In this document: positions 1-7,855 of the stretch, piece by piece | Layout: each line of letters opens with the position of its first letter | How positions within the stretch are numbered: the stretch's first letter is position 1 | Origin: a bacterium | Lineage (GTDB): Bacteria > Patescibacteriota > Dojkabacteria > B142 > OLB20 | Length of the DNA: 52,991 bases | Reading direction: 5' to 3' | Assembly: GCA_037138855.1 (NCBI GenBank) | Contig: JBAXHO010000003.1 | Coordinates: forward strand, 1 to 52,991 | Program-made: the position numbers and the translations under genes | Notes under the pieces: generated by a model | What the model was told of the DNA's origin: nothing | The model's database searches: none | What the model saw: the letters and a program-made list of their open reading frames with translations, nothing else

Positions 1-49
1 TGCTTATGCTGCTGATGCTTATGCTGCTGATGCTTATGCTGCTGATGCT
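1..49. repeat. Terminal direct repeat (assembly overlap) built from a 15-bp tandem unit, gcttatgctgctgat
   Basis: 1-49 is identical to 52943-52991. Confidence 0.95.
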
Positions 50-157
50 GCTTATTTTGCTGCTGATGCTGCTGCAAAAAAGCAACACCAAAAACAAACA
101 GCCGATATTTGTCGAAAATATTTGCCACTTGAAATTTGGAATCAAAACTTAATTTAA
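1..157 (+). CDS. C-terminal part of the ORF spanning the circular join (continues 52641..52991); Ala/Tyr/Asp-repeat, Imm5-like phage protein
   Basis: Frame from base 2 reads AYAADAYAADA...KKQHQKQTADICRKYLPLEIWNQNLI with TAA at 155-157, in frame with ATG 52641 across the 49-nt overlap. Confidence 0.8.
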   Translation, partial: AYAADAYAADAYAADAAYFAADAAAKKQHQKQTADICRKYLPLEIWNQNLI

Positions 158-168
158 AAAAGGAAACT

Positions 169-387
169 ATGAACGAAAAACAATTTACACCCGCAGAAAT
201 TTACGAAAAAATGATCGCCGAAAGTTTGGGCTTTCCCGAAATGGCGGCAATGATTGAACCGCCAATCAGTCATCAATGCTTGCGCTATCATATTGAGCTT
301 TATTGCAAAGAATCTAATAAGCCAATGCCCAGTGGCGCAAAAAGAGGCAGAAAACCAGCTTTTAAAACTTTTACAATTAAGGAGTAG
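169..387 (+). CDS. Small putative DNA-binding protein (HTH-like with AT-hook-like KRGRKP)
   Basis: SD aagga before ATG 169; basic GRKP motif near the C-terminus. Confidence 0.55.
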   Translation: MNEKQFTPAEIYEKMIAESLGFPEMAAMIEPPISHQCLRYHIELYCKESNKPMPSGAKRGRKPAFKTFTIKE

Positions 388-389
388 AA

Positions 390-884
390 ATGAAAATATT
401 TACACAAGAGGAATTTGACGCGTTGCCTTTGGAACAATTTGGTAGGCGAATAGTTCCAGCTTTTTCAGATTTAAGGTTGGTAAAAAACTTTGGCAATAGT
501 AGTTGCAGCTTTGGTGAGTATTGCAGCTTTGGCGAGGATTGCAGCTTTGGCAGTAGTTGCAGCTTTGGCGAGTATTGCAGGTTTGGCGAGAATTGCAGCT
601 TTGGTAAGTATTGTAGCTTTGGCGAGGATTGCAGCTTTGGCGAGGGTTGCAAGTTATTTGACTTAAAAATTATAAATTATAAAGCAGTTGATAGAATCGG
701 TAATTCTAAGCAAAAGCTTTATTGCTGGAACCTTGAAAACAATTTATATTTTCGAGCTGGTTGTTTTTTTGGGAAAAAAGATGAGCTTTTAGAAAAAGTG
801 GAAAAAGAATATAGAATCGGCTCGGAATATCATTTAGCTGTCGATTTTTTAGAAAAATTAATAACTTTTAAAGTTAAGGAGTAG
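390..884 (+). CDS. Hexapeptide-repeat (CSFGEx) beta-helix-like phage protein with C-terminal RAGCFFG domain
   Basis: Eight full C(S/R)FGxx units plus partial flanking units, encoded by 18-bp tandem repeats; SD aaggag. Confidence 0.8.
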   Translation: MKIFTQEEFDALPLEQFGRRIVPAFSDLRLVKNFGNSSCSFGEYCSFGEDCSFGSSCSFGEYCRFGENCSFGKYCSFGEDCSFGEGCKLFDLKIINYKAVDRIGNSKQKLYCWNLENNLYFRAGCFFGKKDELLEKVEKEYRIGSEYHLAVDFLEKLITFKVKE

Positions 885-886
885 AA

Positions 887-1300
887 ATGAAAACAACTAA
901 TTACGAAATTTCTAAGGAGCTTGCGGAAGCTGGATTTGAACAAAAATTTCCCCCAGCATTTTATCATGTCAATTCAAATGGAACTTTATATTATCGAACT
1001 GCGCAAAAAGAATATAGTAATTTAAAAGGGATTTTTAACGTAAAATCTTATGATTTAGAAACGATTTTGGAGGCTTTGCCAAAACAACACGATTTTTTTA
1101 GTCGCGGAATTGGTAAGTATGAATTACGAATTTGGTATCACGAAGGAAAGGCATTTGTCGGCTACCAAAATTGGGATGGTTTCGATAAGGTAATGACTTT
1201 TGAACAAGAGCAAAACGAATCAATCGCAGACACCGCCGCCAGACTTTTAATTTTACTTCACGAAAAAGGTTTGGTCAATTTTAACGAGGAAAAACAATGA
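887..1300 (+). CDS. Hypothetical phage protein
   Basis: SD aaggag; translationally coupled 137-aa ORF. Confidence 0.75.
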   Translation: MKTTNYEISKELAEAGFEQKFPPAFYHVNSNGTLYYRTAQKEYSNLKGIFNVKSYDLETILEALPKQHDFFSRGIGKYELRIWYHEGKAFVGYQNWDGFDKVMTFEQEQNESIADTAARLLILLHEKGLVNFNEEKQ

Positions 1301-1425
1301 AACCTTACAAATCCGAAGCCCAAGAGCTTCAAGAACGACTTGATCTTGTCAAAAAAATCATCATTTTACCGCTTGCAATTTCTTTAATTCTTAGTCTAAC
1401 CCTTTATTTAATCAAATTTTTTTAA
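1297..1425 (+). CDS. Small membrane protein (42 aa; not in ORF track)
   Basis: ATGA overlap with the previous stop; hydrophobic C-terminus IIILPLAISLILSLTLYLI. Confidence 0.55.
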   Translation: MKPYKSEAQELQERLDLVKKIIILPLAISLILSLTLYLIKFF

Positions 1426-1428
1426 AAT

Positions 1429-1581
1429 ATGTTCACTTTAATAGATAAAATCTTTTTGGCAATTATAACTATTTTCTTTGTTATAGTAACTTGCTTAACG
1501 CATTATTATATTAAAAGTTTTAATGAAGATTCGCGTTCTAAATCTTTTGAAAATTCAGTAAAACAAAAGCTTGATTTGTAA
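1429..1581 (+). CDS. Small membrane protein (50 aa; not in ORF track)
   Basis: Directly follows the previous stop; N-terminal hydrophobic segment. Confidence 0.5.
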   Translation: MFTLIDKIFLAIITIFFVIVTCLTHYYIKSFNEDSRSKSFENSVKQKLDL

Positions 1582-1610
1582 TTTTTAAGCGGTAGTTTTA
1601 AAATGTCCAA

Positions 1611-2078
1611 GACTGCGTAGCGGGGGCGGACAACACGCTTCTAAAAGGGAAGTGTGCCTTAGTTATTCTAAGGCTAACCCGAAAGTCCTAAAAAAGCTTT
1701 CGGGGAATACATATAGATTTCTTTGGTTTTCTATACATATCTAAAAAATGTGTATAGAAAAGTGCATATGAGGGAAACGCAGAGGGCAAGTTTTAGCGGG
1801 GATTCCATCGGTTTCTTCGTGATGTGCAGTTCGCCCGAAAGGGAATATGAGGTGCGGGGCTAAAACAAATAGCTAGAAATAGCGGGAAAGCTGAAAAATT
1901 AGGCTTTCTTAAATTCCGAAAGGACAAGCCCCGCACGCAAAGGCGGGGAGTAATATCACCCATCTACATAAAAGTTCTGAGGCTTTTGGTTGTGAGCTTC
2001 ACGCTCAAATCAAACTATGTGGCACTTGGCTTGCAGTCGCATACTCGAGCCAAGTTGCCATGTTCTTTTCTTTCTTTT
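1611..2078 (+). ncRNA. Large, highly structured non-coding RNA (ornate, GOLLD/ROOL-like in character; family unassigned)
   Basis: ORF-free, GC-enriched region with more than 12 helices, three GAAA tetraloops, G-U pairs favouring the + strand, and a terminal hairpin followed by a U tract. Confidence 0.75.
2020..2078 (+). terminator. Intrinsic terminator at the 3' end of the large RNA
   Basis: tggcacttggctt...gagccaagttgcca stem followed by tgttcttttctttctttt. Confidence 0.7.
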
Positions 2079-2146
2079 GCTTAATACTTATCTCTTGCAT
2101 TTTTATTTCTGTCATTTTTAATAACCTTAAAATATTGCAAAAAGAA

Positions 2147-2330
2147 GGGGCTTGCTATGGCGAGTTTTTTCTTCCGCAATGTTGATAGAGTGGCAGGCGA
2201 CTGAAGATTTTATCTTTCTCACACGATTCAAATTGACTGTTCGACTTGAGTGAGTTGCGTCCAAAAGGCGTCCTCTGCAAATAGTGCCTCCGAACGAACC
2301 CGAAAGGATCGCACCAGTGGGGGACAAGTT
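2147..2330 (+). ncRNA. Second structured non-coding element
   Basis: GC-rich island with stems ctcac/gtgag, gcgtc/ggcgt and gtgc...cccgaaagg...gcac; no credible + ORF. Confidence 0.45.
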
Positions 2331-2445
2331 AAGGTTAAGAGTAATGAAAGAAATTAAGAAGTAGGGGACAACTTTTTAATTTACAATTTTTTTTATGGTC
2401 TGCGGTAGTCCCCTGTCGCAGATCGCCAAACTACAAGGGGACAGT

Positions 2446-2799
2446 ATGCAAGACAATCAAGCAAATCTTTTAAGATTATCGCACAGAATACTAGATGAAG
2501 AAATAAAATTGATGAATCAAGCCTTGCGCGCTGTTTGTAGCGTTCAATTAATTTATGCAAAAGACAAGACTGCACTGGTTCGAGAATACTCACGAAATAG
2601 AAAAAAAATTATCAGATTAGCCGAATACATTACTGGCAAAAAATTATCAGAAATAAATTTTGAAGAAAACCAAATTGACCAGTTAAAAGTTAGAATAATT
2701 CTTAGAAAATATTTTGGTAAAATTATTTTCAAAATAGCTTTTCCACGTTTTTTACATTTAATTGATTTAATCAAAAACTTTTCAGCTTTTACAAAATAA
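2446..2799 (+). CDS. Hypothetical protein
   Basis: SD agggga at 2436-2441 before ATG 2446, in frame with the track ORF 2395..2799. Confidence 0.6.
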   Translation: MQDNQANLLRLSHRILDEEIKLMNQALRAVCSVQLIYAKDKTALVREYSRNRKKIIRLAEYITGKKLSEINFEENQIDQLKVRIILRKYFGKIIFKIAFPRFLHLIDLIKNFSAFTK

Positions 2800-2803
2800 T
2801 CTC

Positions 2804-2831
2804 TTGACTGATTAAATTTAATCTTTACTTT
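2804..2831 (+). promoter_or_regulatory. Putative sigma70 promoter
   Basis: TTGACT-N16-TACTTT just upstream of ATG 2839. Confidence 0.45.
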
Positions 2832-2838
2832 TACTTTT

Positions 2839-3027
2839 ATGAAAACAAAATTAACAATAACCCAATCGGAATTAAAGCAACTTTATTCAACAAAAAAGAA
2901 TAAAGAATTGTGTGAAATTCTTAAAATTACCATGCCAACTTTGATGAGTTATTTGAAAAAATACAAAATTCAGTTAAAAGGCTCTGGCAATAGACAGACA
3001 AAGGCTAAAGTCAATATTATTGAATAA
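2839..3027 (+). CDS. Small HTH DNA-binding protein
   Basis: NKELCEILKITMPTLMSYLKK HTH-like pattern; lies upstream of the replication gene. Confidence 0.6.
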   Translation: MKTKLTITQSELKQLYSTKKNKELCEILKITMPTLMSYLKKYKIQLKGSGNRQTKAKVNIIE

Positions 3028-3142
3028 AACCCATTGGGTTATTTGGGTTTATTTGGGTTTTTTAAAATAACCCATCAAAACCCATTAAAAGCCTTAATAG
3101 ATATAAGAGATAAGATATAAGAGATAAGATATAAGAGATAAG
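3028..3142. repeat. Putative replication origin: aaccca/tgggtt inverted and direct repeats plus 3x14-bp agatataagagata
   Basis: Repeats read directly (14-mer x3 at 3099-3140), immediately upstream of the Rep-like gene. Confidence 0.65.
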
Positions 3143-3168
3143 TTAATAGAAAATAGGAATTAGAAACT

Positions 3169-3774
3169 ATGTTAAAAGAAATAATAACCAGCAAAGCAGG
3201 TTTTCCGTTTTACACGGATTACTGGAAAAGCTATTTTTGCAAAATGACTGGTGAGCAGGTGAAAGAATGTCTGAGAATAATTTTTCATTTTAACGAAACT
3301 TTTGAGATTTTGGAAAGTGGAGATTTGGCAATTGAAATGGTAATAACAACAATCATTGGAAATATTAAAAGAGATGCTGAAAAGAGAACAAAGCAAATCA
3401 CTGCAAATAAAAATAATGGAAGCAAAGGCGGGAGACCTTCTAAAGATTTAAAACCAAAAAAACCCCAAGCTAACCCCAAGCTAACCCCTAATCCTCTAAC
3501 CGAGGATTTTCAAAAATTCTGGGAAGATTATACTCCAGTGAAAGTTTTAGATGGAAAAGTTGTCCCAAAAGGAAGTCGCAAGACAGCCCTAATTGCATAC
3601 GAAAGAGCAAGAAAAAAGCACGGCGCAGAAAAGATTTATGAGGGCGCGGCTAAATATTTAGTGAATTGCTATGAAAACAACCGCCTAAGCTGCCAAGCAG
3701 CCGTATTTTTAAATCAAGAAAGATTTTTAGATGATTATGAACAAACAAATTTAGAGGTAAAAAAACATGACTAG
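3169..3774 (+). CDS. Phage replication initiator / replisome organiser (DUF6291-like N-terminus)
   Basis: NKNNGSKGGRP motif, FQKFWEDY and C-terminal AAVFLNQERFLD, typical of phage Rep proteins. Confidence 0.75.
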   Translation: MLKEIITSKAGFPFYTDYWKSYFCKMTGEQVKECLRIIFHFNETFEILESGDLAIEMVITTIIGNIKRDAEKRTKQITANKNNGSKGGRPSKDLKPKKPQANPKLTPNPLTEDFQKFWEDYTPVKVLDGKVVPKGSRKTALIAYERARKKHGAEKIYEGAAKYLVNCYENNRLSCQAAVFLNQERFLDDYEQTNLEVKKHD

Positions 3775-4159
3775 ATCCGCGTTAGATATTATTAAAGGCG
3801 TAGAAAAAAGGAGTTCGGTAACGCCCTCAGAAGAAATTGACATCTGGGGAGCAGTAGAAATGAATATTGATAATTTTTGCGAATCACAAGTTGATTTCTG
3901 TCAAAAAGCAAAAGAAGAGGGTTGGTTAGGCTATCGGATAGCTAAAAATCATCTTGGGCTTCTTGGTTATCTTAGAAATGGCTTTGCTATCCAACTTAAA
4001 ATTCTAAATCAATACGATATTGCTTTGCCGATTTGGAATAATGAGTTTGTAGGTTTTTTTCGTTCGGACTGGTTTAAAAATACCACGTCAGAAAACGGAT
4101 TTGTTAAACCGATTTACAAGAAAGAGCATTTTGATTTAATCAAGAAATTTAAGCTTTAA
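3767..4159 (+). CDS. Hypothetical protein (position of a helicase-loader-type partner)
   Basis: Overlaps the rep stop; SD gaggt. Confidence 0.6.
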   Translation: MTRSALDIIKGVEKRSSVTPSEEIDIWGAVEMNIDNFCESQVDFCQKAKEEGWLGYRIAKNHLGLLGYLRNGFAIQLKILNQYDIALPIWNNEFVGFFRSDWFKNTTSENGFVKPIYKKEHFDLIKKFKL

Positions 4160-4192
4160 GAAAATCAATTAACAATAACAAAGGAGTAAAAA

Positions 4193-4498
4193 ATGAAGAT
4201 AATTTTAACCACAATGATTTTTTTATTAACTACGCAACAATCACATGCTTTTATTTGGCTTTTAGCTAGTGGTTGGGCAGGATATGAAATGTCTAATAGT
4301 TCTAAAGAAGATCAAATTAAGGCAGAACAAAAACGGCATACCAGAAAGATAAACGAAGCTGATGAGTTAGCGGTATGCTTAAAAACATACAAACAACTAA
4401 CTGGAGAAAGTTTAAATTTTGAAGGTGAGCTATCAGAAAAATTAGGTTTTTGCAAAGGTTCTTTAAAAACTATTAAATCTAAATCAAAAAAGGAGTAA
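4193..4498 (+). CDS. Putative exported or membrane protein
   Basis: Signal-peptide-like N-terminus ending QQSHA; SD aaggag. Confidence 0.6.
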   Translation: MKIILTTMIFLLTTQQSHAFIWLLASGWAGYEMSNSSKEDQIKAEQKRHTRKINEADELAVCLKTYKQLTGESLNFEGELSEKLGFCKGSLKTIKSKSKKE

Positions 4499-4501
4499 AA
4501 A

Positions 4502-4798
4502 ATGACAATGAGTAAAAAATATTATTATAGAAATCCTATAGTTGCGCTTTACATGATGAAAGAGTTTGGGGTCGGATTTATTTTAGAAGATGAAGAAAAG
4601 TTGCGTAGTTTTTTAGGAGTTGGTCTTTCTGAAAAAAAAGAGACTTTTGAAAAAAAACTTAGAATAAAATCAAAGTATTTTATTGCGAAAGAATCAGAAC
4701 ATATTTTTGAAAAAACAACAAGTGATATTGGCGAAAGAATTTATAGCGGTAAACAATTTTTTATGGCAGAGGTAGAAAATGAAAGGAAAAATATTTAA
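4502..4798 (+). CDS. Hypothetical protein
   Basis: SD aaggag; coupled to its neighbours. Confidence 0.65.
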   Translation: MTMSKKYYYRNPIVALYMMKEFGVGFILEDEEKLRSFLGVGLSEKKETFEKKLRIKSKYFIAKESEHIFEKTTSDIGERIYSGKQFFMAEVENERKNI

Positions 4799-5342
4799 CG
4801 CACAAGAAGTGCAAGCATTAATTTTGGGTAAAAAAACGCAATTCAGAGAGGTGATTAAGAAACAGCCTAAAAGCAATATAAATCCTGTAAAATTAGCAAA
4901 TTTAACTAGAACTTGGCAATGGGCGACAAAAGAAAGTCGTAGAGAATGCCCCTATCAAATAGGACAAAAGATTTTTTGCAAGGAGAGCTTTGCCTTGTGG
5001 TTTGAAGCAGGGATATTTGCGGCTGATTGCATCGGTTGGCAGCGGCGGGATATGCTGTGGAAATGGAAACCAGCGCAACACATGAAGCAAGAACAATCGC
5101 GCCTAACCCTGCAAATAAAAGAAATTAGAGTGGAACGCTTGGCGGGGATTAGCAAAGAAGATATAATTAAAGAAGGTTTTAAATACGATGATAGGGGTTA
5201 TTTCTCAGATCGGCTAGGTAGAAAACATATACCAGCGCAAAACGCTTTTGAAGAATTTTGGAACGCAACCCACAAAAAACCAGAAGAGAAGTTTGAAGCG
5301 TCGCCATTTTGTTGGGTAATTGATTTTGAGGTAGTGAAATGA
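4779..5342 (+). CDS. ASCH-like phage protein, paralog 1
   Basis: IFNAQEVQALILGKKTQFR, CPY.IG, WKPAQHM...SRLTL.IKEIRVERL and W.IDF motifs of the phage ASCH-like family. Confidence 0.75.
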   Translation: MKGKIFNAQEVQALILGKKTQFREVIKKQPKSNINPVKLANLTRTWQWATKESRRECPYQIGQKIFCKESFALWFEAGIFAADCIGWQRRDMLWKWKPAQHMKQEQSRLTLQIKEIRVERLAGISKEDIIKEGFKYDDRGYFSDRLGRKHIPAQNAFEEFWNATHKKPEEKFEASPFCWVIDFEVVK

Positions 5343-5554
5343 GCATCTACATCTGCACAATCTGCGAACAACAAAAAGACAGCGATTTTAACTGCGCTGA
5401 ATTGAACGGCAAAGAATGCTGTGAAGAGTGTTTTGGAGAGCATGAGCCAAATGAAGAAACCCAACAAGCTTTTAACGAAGACTTAACTAAGGCAACTAGG
5501 TTTAGTTCTGTGGAAGAGCTTTTTAATAACTTAAAGGAGAAATATGAAAGGTAA
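5339..5554 (+). CDS. Small Cys-rich (zinc-finger-like) protein
   Basis: CxxC and CCxxC motifs; ATGA coupling. Confidence 0.6.
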   Translation: MSIYICTICEQQKDSDFNCAELNGKECCEECFGEHEPNEETQQAFNEDLTKATRFSSVEELFNNLKEKYER

Positions 5555-6038
5555 AATATTTAACACACAAGAAGTGCAAGCGATAATTGCTGGGGATAAG
5601 ACGCAATTTAGGGAGGTGGGCAAACATAAAGACTTCTCCAATGAAAGATGCCCCTATCAAATAGGACAAAAGATTTTTTGCAAGGAGGCATTTGCTTTAA
5701 AGGATGAAGGCGGAAAATTTTTTCAGTTTAGACCATTTAAAGCTTATAAAGCTGATGCAGAATGTGATTTTGCACAGTGGAAACCAGCCCAACACATGAA
5801 GCAAGAACACTCACGCCTAACCCTGCTAATTAAAGAAATTAGAGTTGAAAGGCTTTCTGAAATTAGTAAGGAGGATGCGATTGCCGAAGCTCCACAATAT
5901 AGCATAATTGAGCCTTTTGGCAATAAATGTCCAATTGACTTTTTTAAAACACTTTGGAACTACACGCACAAAAAACCAAAAGAGAAGTTTGAGGCTGATC
6001 CGTGGGTTTGGGTTGTAAATTTTGAGGTAGTGAAATGA
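5544..6038 (+). CDS. ASCH-like phage protein, paralog 2
   Basis: Same motifs as 4779..5342; shared identical DNA blocks. Confidence 0.75.
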   Translation: MKGKIFNTQEVQAIIAGDKTQFREVGKHKDFSNERCPYQIGQKIFCKEAFALKDEGGKFFQFRPFKAYKADAECDFAQWKPAQHMKQEHSRLTLLIKEIRVERLSEISKEDAIAEAPQYSIIEPFGNKCPIDFFKTLWNYTHKKPKEKFEADPWVWVVNFEVVK

Positions 6039-6229
6039 TTAAATTAATTTTAAAACTTTACAGAAGGCTTTCCGCCGTATCCATGAGATTATGCGATCAC
6101 AAATGGCAACTTGTCAGATCGACTAGAATGTACGACTGCTCTTTTGGCGAAGAAGGCTTTTATTATCAAACTAGAAAACAATGCGTTTGTGAAAAATGCG
6201 GAAAATGGAAAACTTTTACAATAAAATAA
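6035..6229 (+). CDS. Small zinc-ribbon-like protein
   Basis: CDHKW...CEKCGK; ATGA coupling. Confidence 0.6.
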   Translation: MIKLILKLYRRLSAVSMRLCDHKWQLVRSTRMYDCSFGEEGFYYQTRKQCVCEKCGKWKTFTIK

Positions 6230-6265
6230 ATAAAAAAATTTTATGAAAACAACATCTAGGTAATT

Positions 6266-6454
6266 ATGTTAAATATTCACGAGAAATACGCAGAAATTAT
6301 AAAAATAAGCAATCAACTTAAGGAAAAAGAACTTAGAGAAAAAGCAGATAGAGAATTTGCTCAATCTATTATTATAGCGGAGGATGTGCGGCAGCTATTC
6401 TTATATTCCGCTATGTTAAATCCAAATTTTGTACCAACGGAAAACAATAAGTAA
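6266..6454 (+). CDS. Hypothetical protein
   Basis: ORF on the coding strand of the early region. Confidence 0.5.
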   Translation: MLNIHEKYAEIIKISNQLKEKELREKADREFAQSIIIAEDVRQLFLYSAMLNPNFVPTENNK

Positions 6455-6619
6455 ATGCGAGATAGATATTCAGATTACTATCTGACAACACAATTTCCTA
6501 CAGCCTCTAGGCTAGATTAATGTCAAGAGATTTATTTACTACGGCAGCAAAAATAATTGTTGCAAGTAGAAATTAAATCTTTTTAATGCGGTAAGGAAAT
6601 TAACCTAATCATTTATTTT

Positions 6620-6829
6620 ATGACTAAAGAAAAATTACCAAAAGTTATCAACAGCGGAGAAATAAAACTTGGAGATATAGTTCTAAAAGTCCATAATCTT
6701 GACGATGGTCGTAGAATTATTGAAGAAGAAAGTATTGAAAAATTTTTTGAATATTTAACCATTGCAAATGCAAAAGAACCTTCGGAAGAAGAATTAATCA
6801 ATTTAGGAAAATTTATTAAAAACTTATAA
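6620..6829 (+). CDS. Hypothetical protein resembling the N-terminus of P63C-type phage proteins
   Basis: GEIKLGDIVLKVHNLDDGRRII pattern. Confidence 0.5.
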   Translation: MTKEKLPKVINSGEIKLGDIVLKVHNLDDGRRIIEEESIEKFFEYLTIANAKEPSEEELINLGKFIKNL

Positions 6830-6833
6830 TTTT

Positions 6834-7109
6834 ATGATAATTATTAAAACTTACGATTGGGGCGATTTTGAAGGTGCTGATTTAAAACAAGCAAAAAACA
6901 AATTTGTCAACGCGATTGTCAATTCAACTTCTAATCCTGATATTTCAATTAAAATTGACGAAATTGATTACCATGGAGATTTATTGGCAGCTTGTTTTGT
7001 CAAAAACATTGCAATAGATATTGAGTATGAGGTTAAAAAATGGTACAAAACGGCTAAAATTGAAAGCGAAGGATTAAGACGCGCTCAACAAGAATCAATG
7101 GAGGGGTAA
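6834..7109 (+). CDS. Hypothetical protein
   Basis: ORF in a tightly packed operon. Confidence 0.6.
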   Translation: MIIIKTYDWGDFEGADLKQAKNKFVNAIVNSTSNPDISIKIDEIDYHGDLLAACFVKNIAIDIEYEVKKWYKTAKIESEGLRRAQQESMEG

Positions 7110-7421
7110 ATGCTCAAAATAGGAGATAAAATATATTGCCTTCAATATTCACAGCTTCTTATGCGTGAACAAATAATTAGAATCACGCCTACAACTGCCA
7201 TTACCAACTTTGGAACAAAATTAAAACTAGAAGTAAAAAAAGATGGATTTGTTCAACAAATAAATGCTGGAAAGTTTAACAGCAAAACTTTTTTTATAGA
7301 AACTGAAGAATTAAAAAATCTTTTTCAGAAAAAAGTAATAATTAGCAAAATTTCCAATTTTGATTTTACTAAACTCGATCTGCAATATTTAATAAAAATT
7401 CTTGAAATAATAAAAACTTAA
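7110..7421 (+). CDS. Hypothetical protein (beta-barrel-like, LKIGDKIY start)
   Basis: SD ggaggg; abuts the previous stop. Confidence 0.65.
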   Translation: MLKIGDKIYCLQYSQLLMREQIIRITPTTAITNFGTKLKLEVKKDGFVQQINAGKFNSKTFFIETEELKNLFQKKVIISKISNFDFTKLDLQYLIKILEIIKT

Positions 7422-7442
7422 CAACAACCAATGGAGTGGTAA

Positions 7443-7844
7443 ATGCAAAGAGAAATAGAATTTAGAGCTTTCGATAAAGAAACTGGTAAAATGCACTATT
7501 TAATAAATAAGCCTTATGATGAAAAAACTGTTGATGATGAGTTAATAGTTCAAATCGATTCCACTGGAGCAACGGGATATACTAAAAATAAGTATATTGG
7601 CAATTGTTTAATGCAATCCACAGGTTTGCTTGATAAAAACGGCAAGAAGATTTTTGAAGGTGATATTTTAAAAATTTATTATCAAAACAATCAGAAATCA
7701 TATTTAAAAAAAGTAAAATGGTTAAATGATATTAGCAATAAAGGAAGATGGGATGCTTTGGATAATTGCGCTTATACTTCTTGCGAAGTTGTCGGAAATA
7801 TTTTTGAAAATCCTGAGCTTTTAGCGGAAATTAATAATAATTAA
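7443..7844 (+). CDS. YopX-family protein
   Basis: REIEFRAFDK, MQSTGLLDKNGKKIFEGDIL and EVVGNIFENPELL hallmark motifs. Confidence 0.9.
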   Translation: MQREIEFRAFDKETGKMHYLINKPYDEKTVDDELIVQIDSTGATGYTKNKYIGNCLMQSTGLLDKNGKKIFEGDILKIYYQNNQKSYLKKVKWLNDISNKGRWDALDNCAYTSCEVVGNIFENPELLAEINNN

Positions 7845-7855
7845 AAAGGTAAAAT

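Noticed and set aside
377-652. Minus-strand repeat ORF (LQxxPK)n and other antisense ORFs (e.g. 18936..19262, 33201..33578, 40465..40878, 52676..52867)
   Set aside because: These are shadow frames of well-supported genes on the opposite strand, with no SD or recognisable motifs
1621-1690. tmRNA (GGGGGCGGA start) or RNase P RNA (GAAAGTCC)
   Set aside because: No GAUUCGAC-like continuation, T arm plus CCA or tag ORF, and no complementary RNase P P4 3' strand; the matches are short and explained by local hairpins
3099-3142. CRISPR-like array
   Set aside because: Contiguous 14-bp tandem units with no spacers; the same applies to the 15-bp and 18-bp coding repeats
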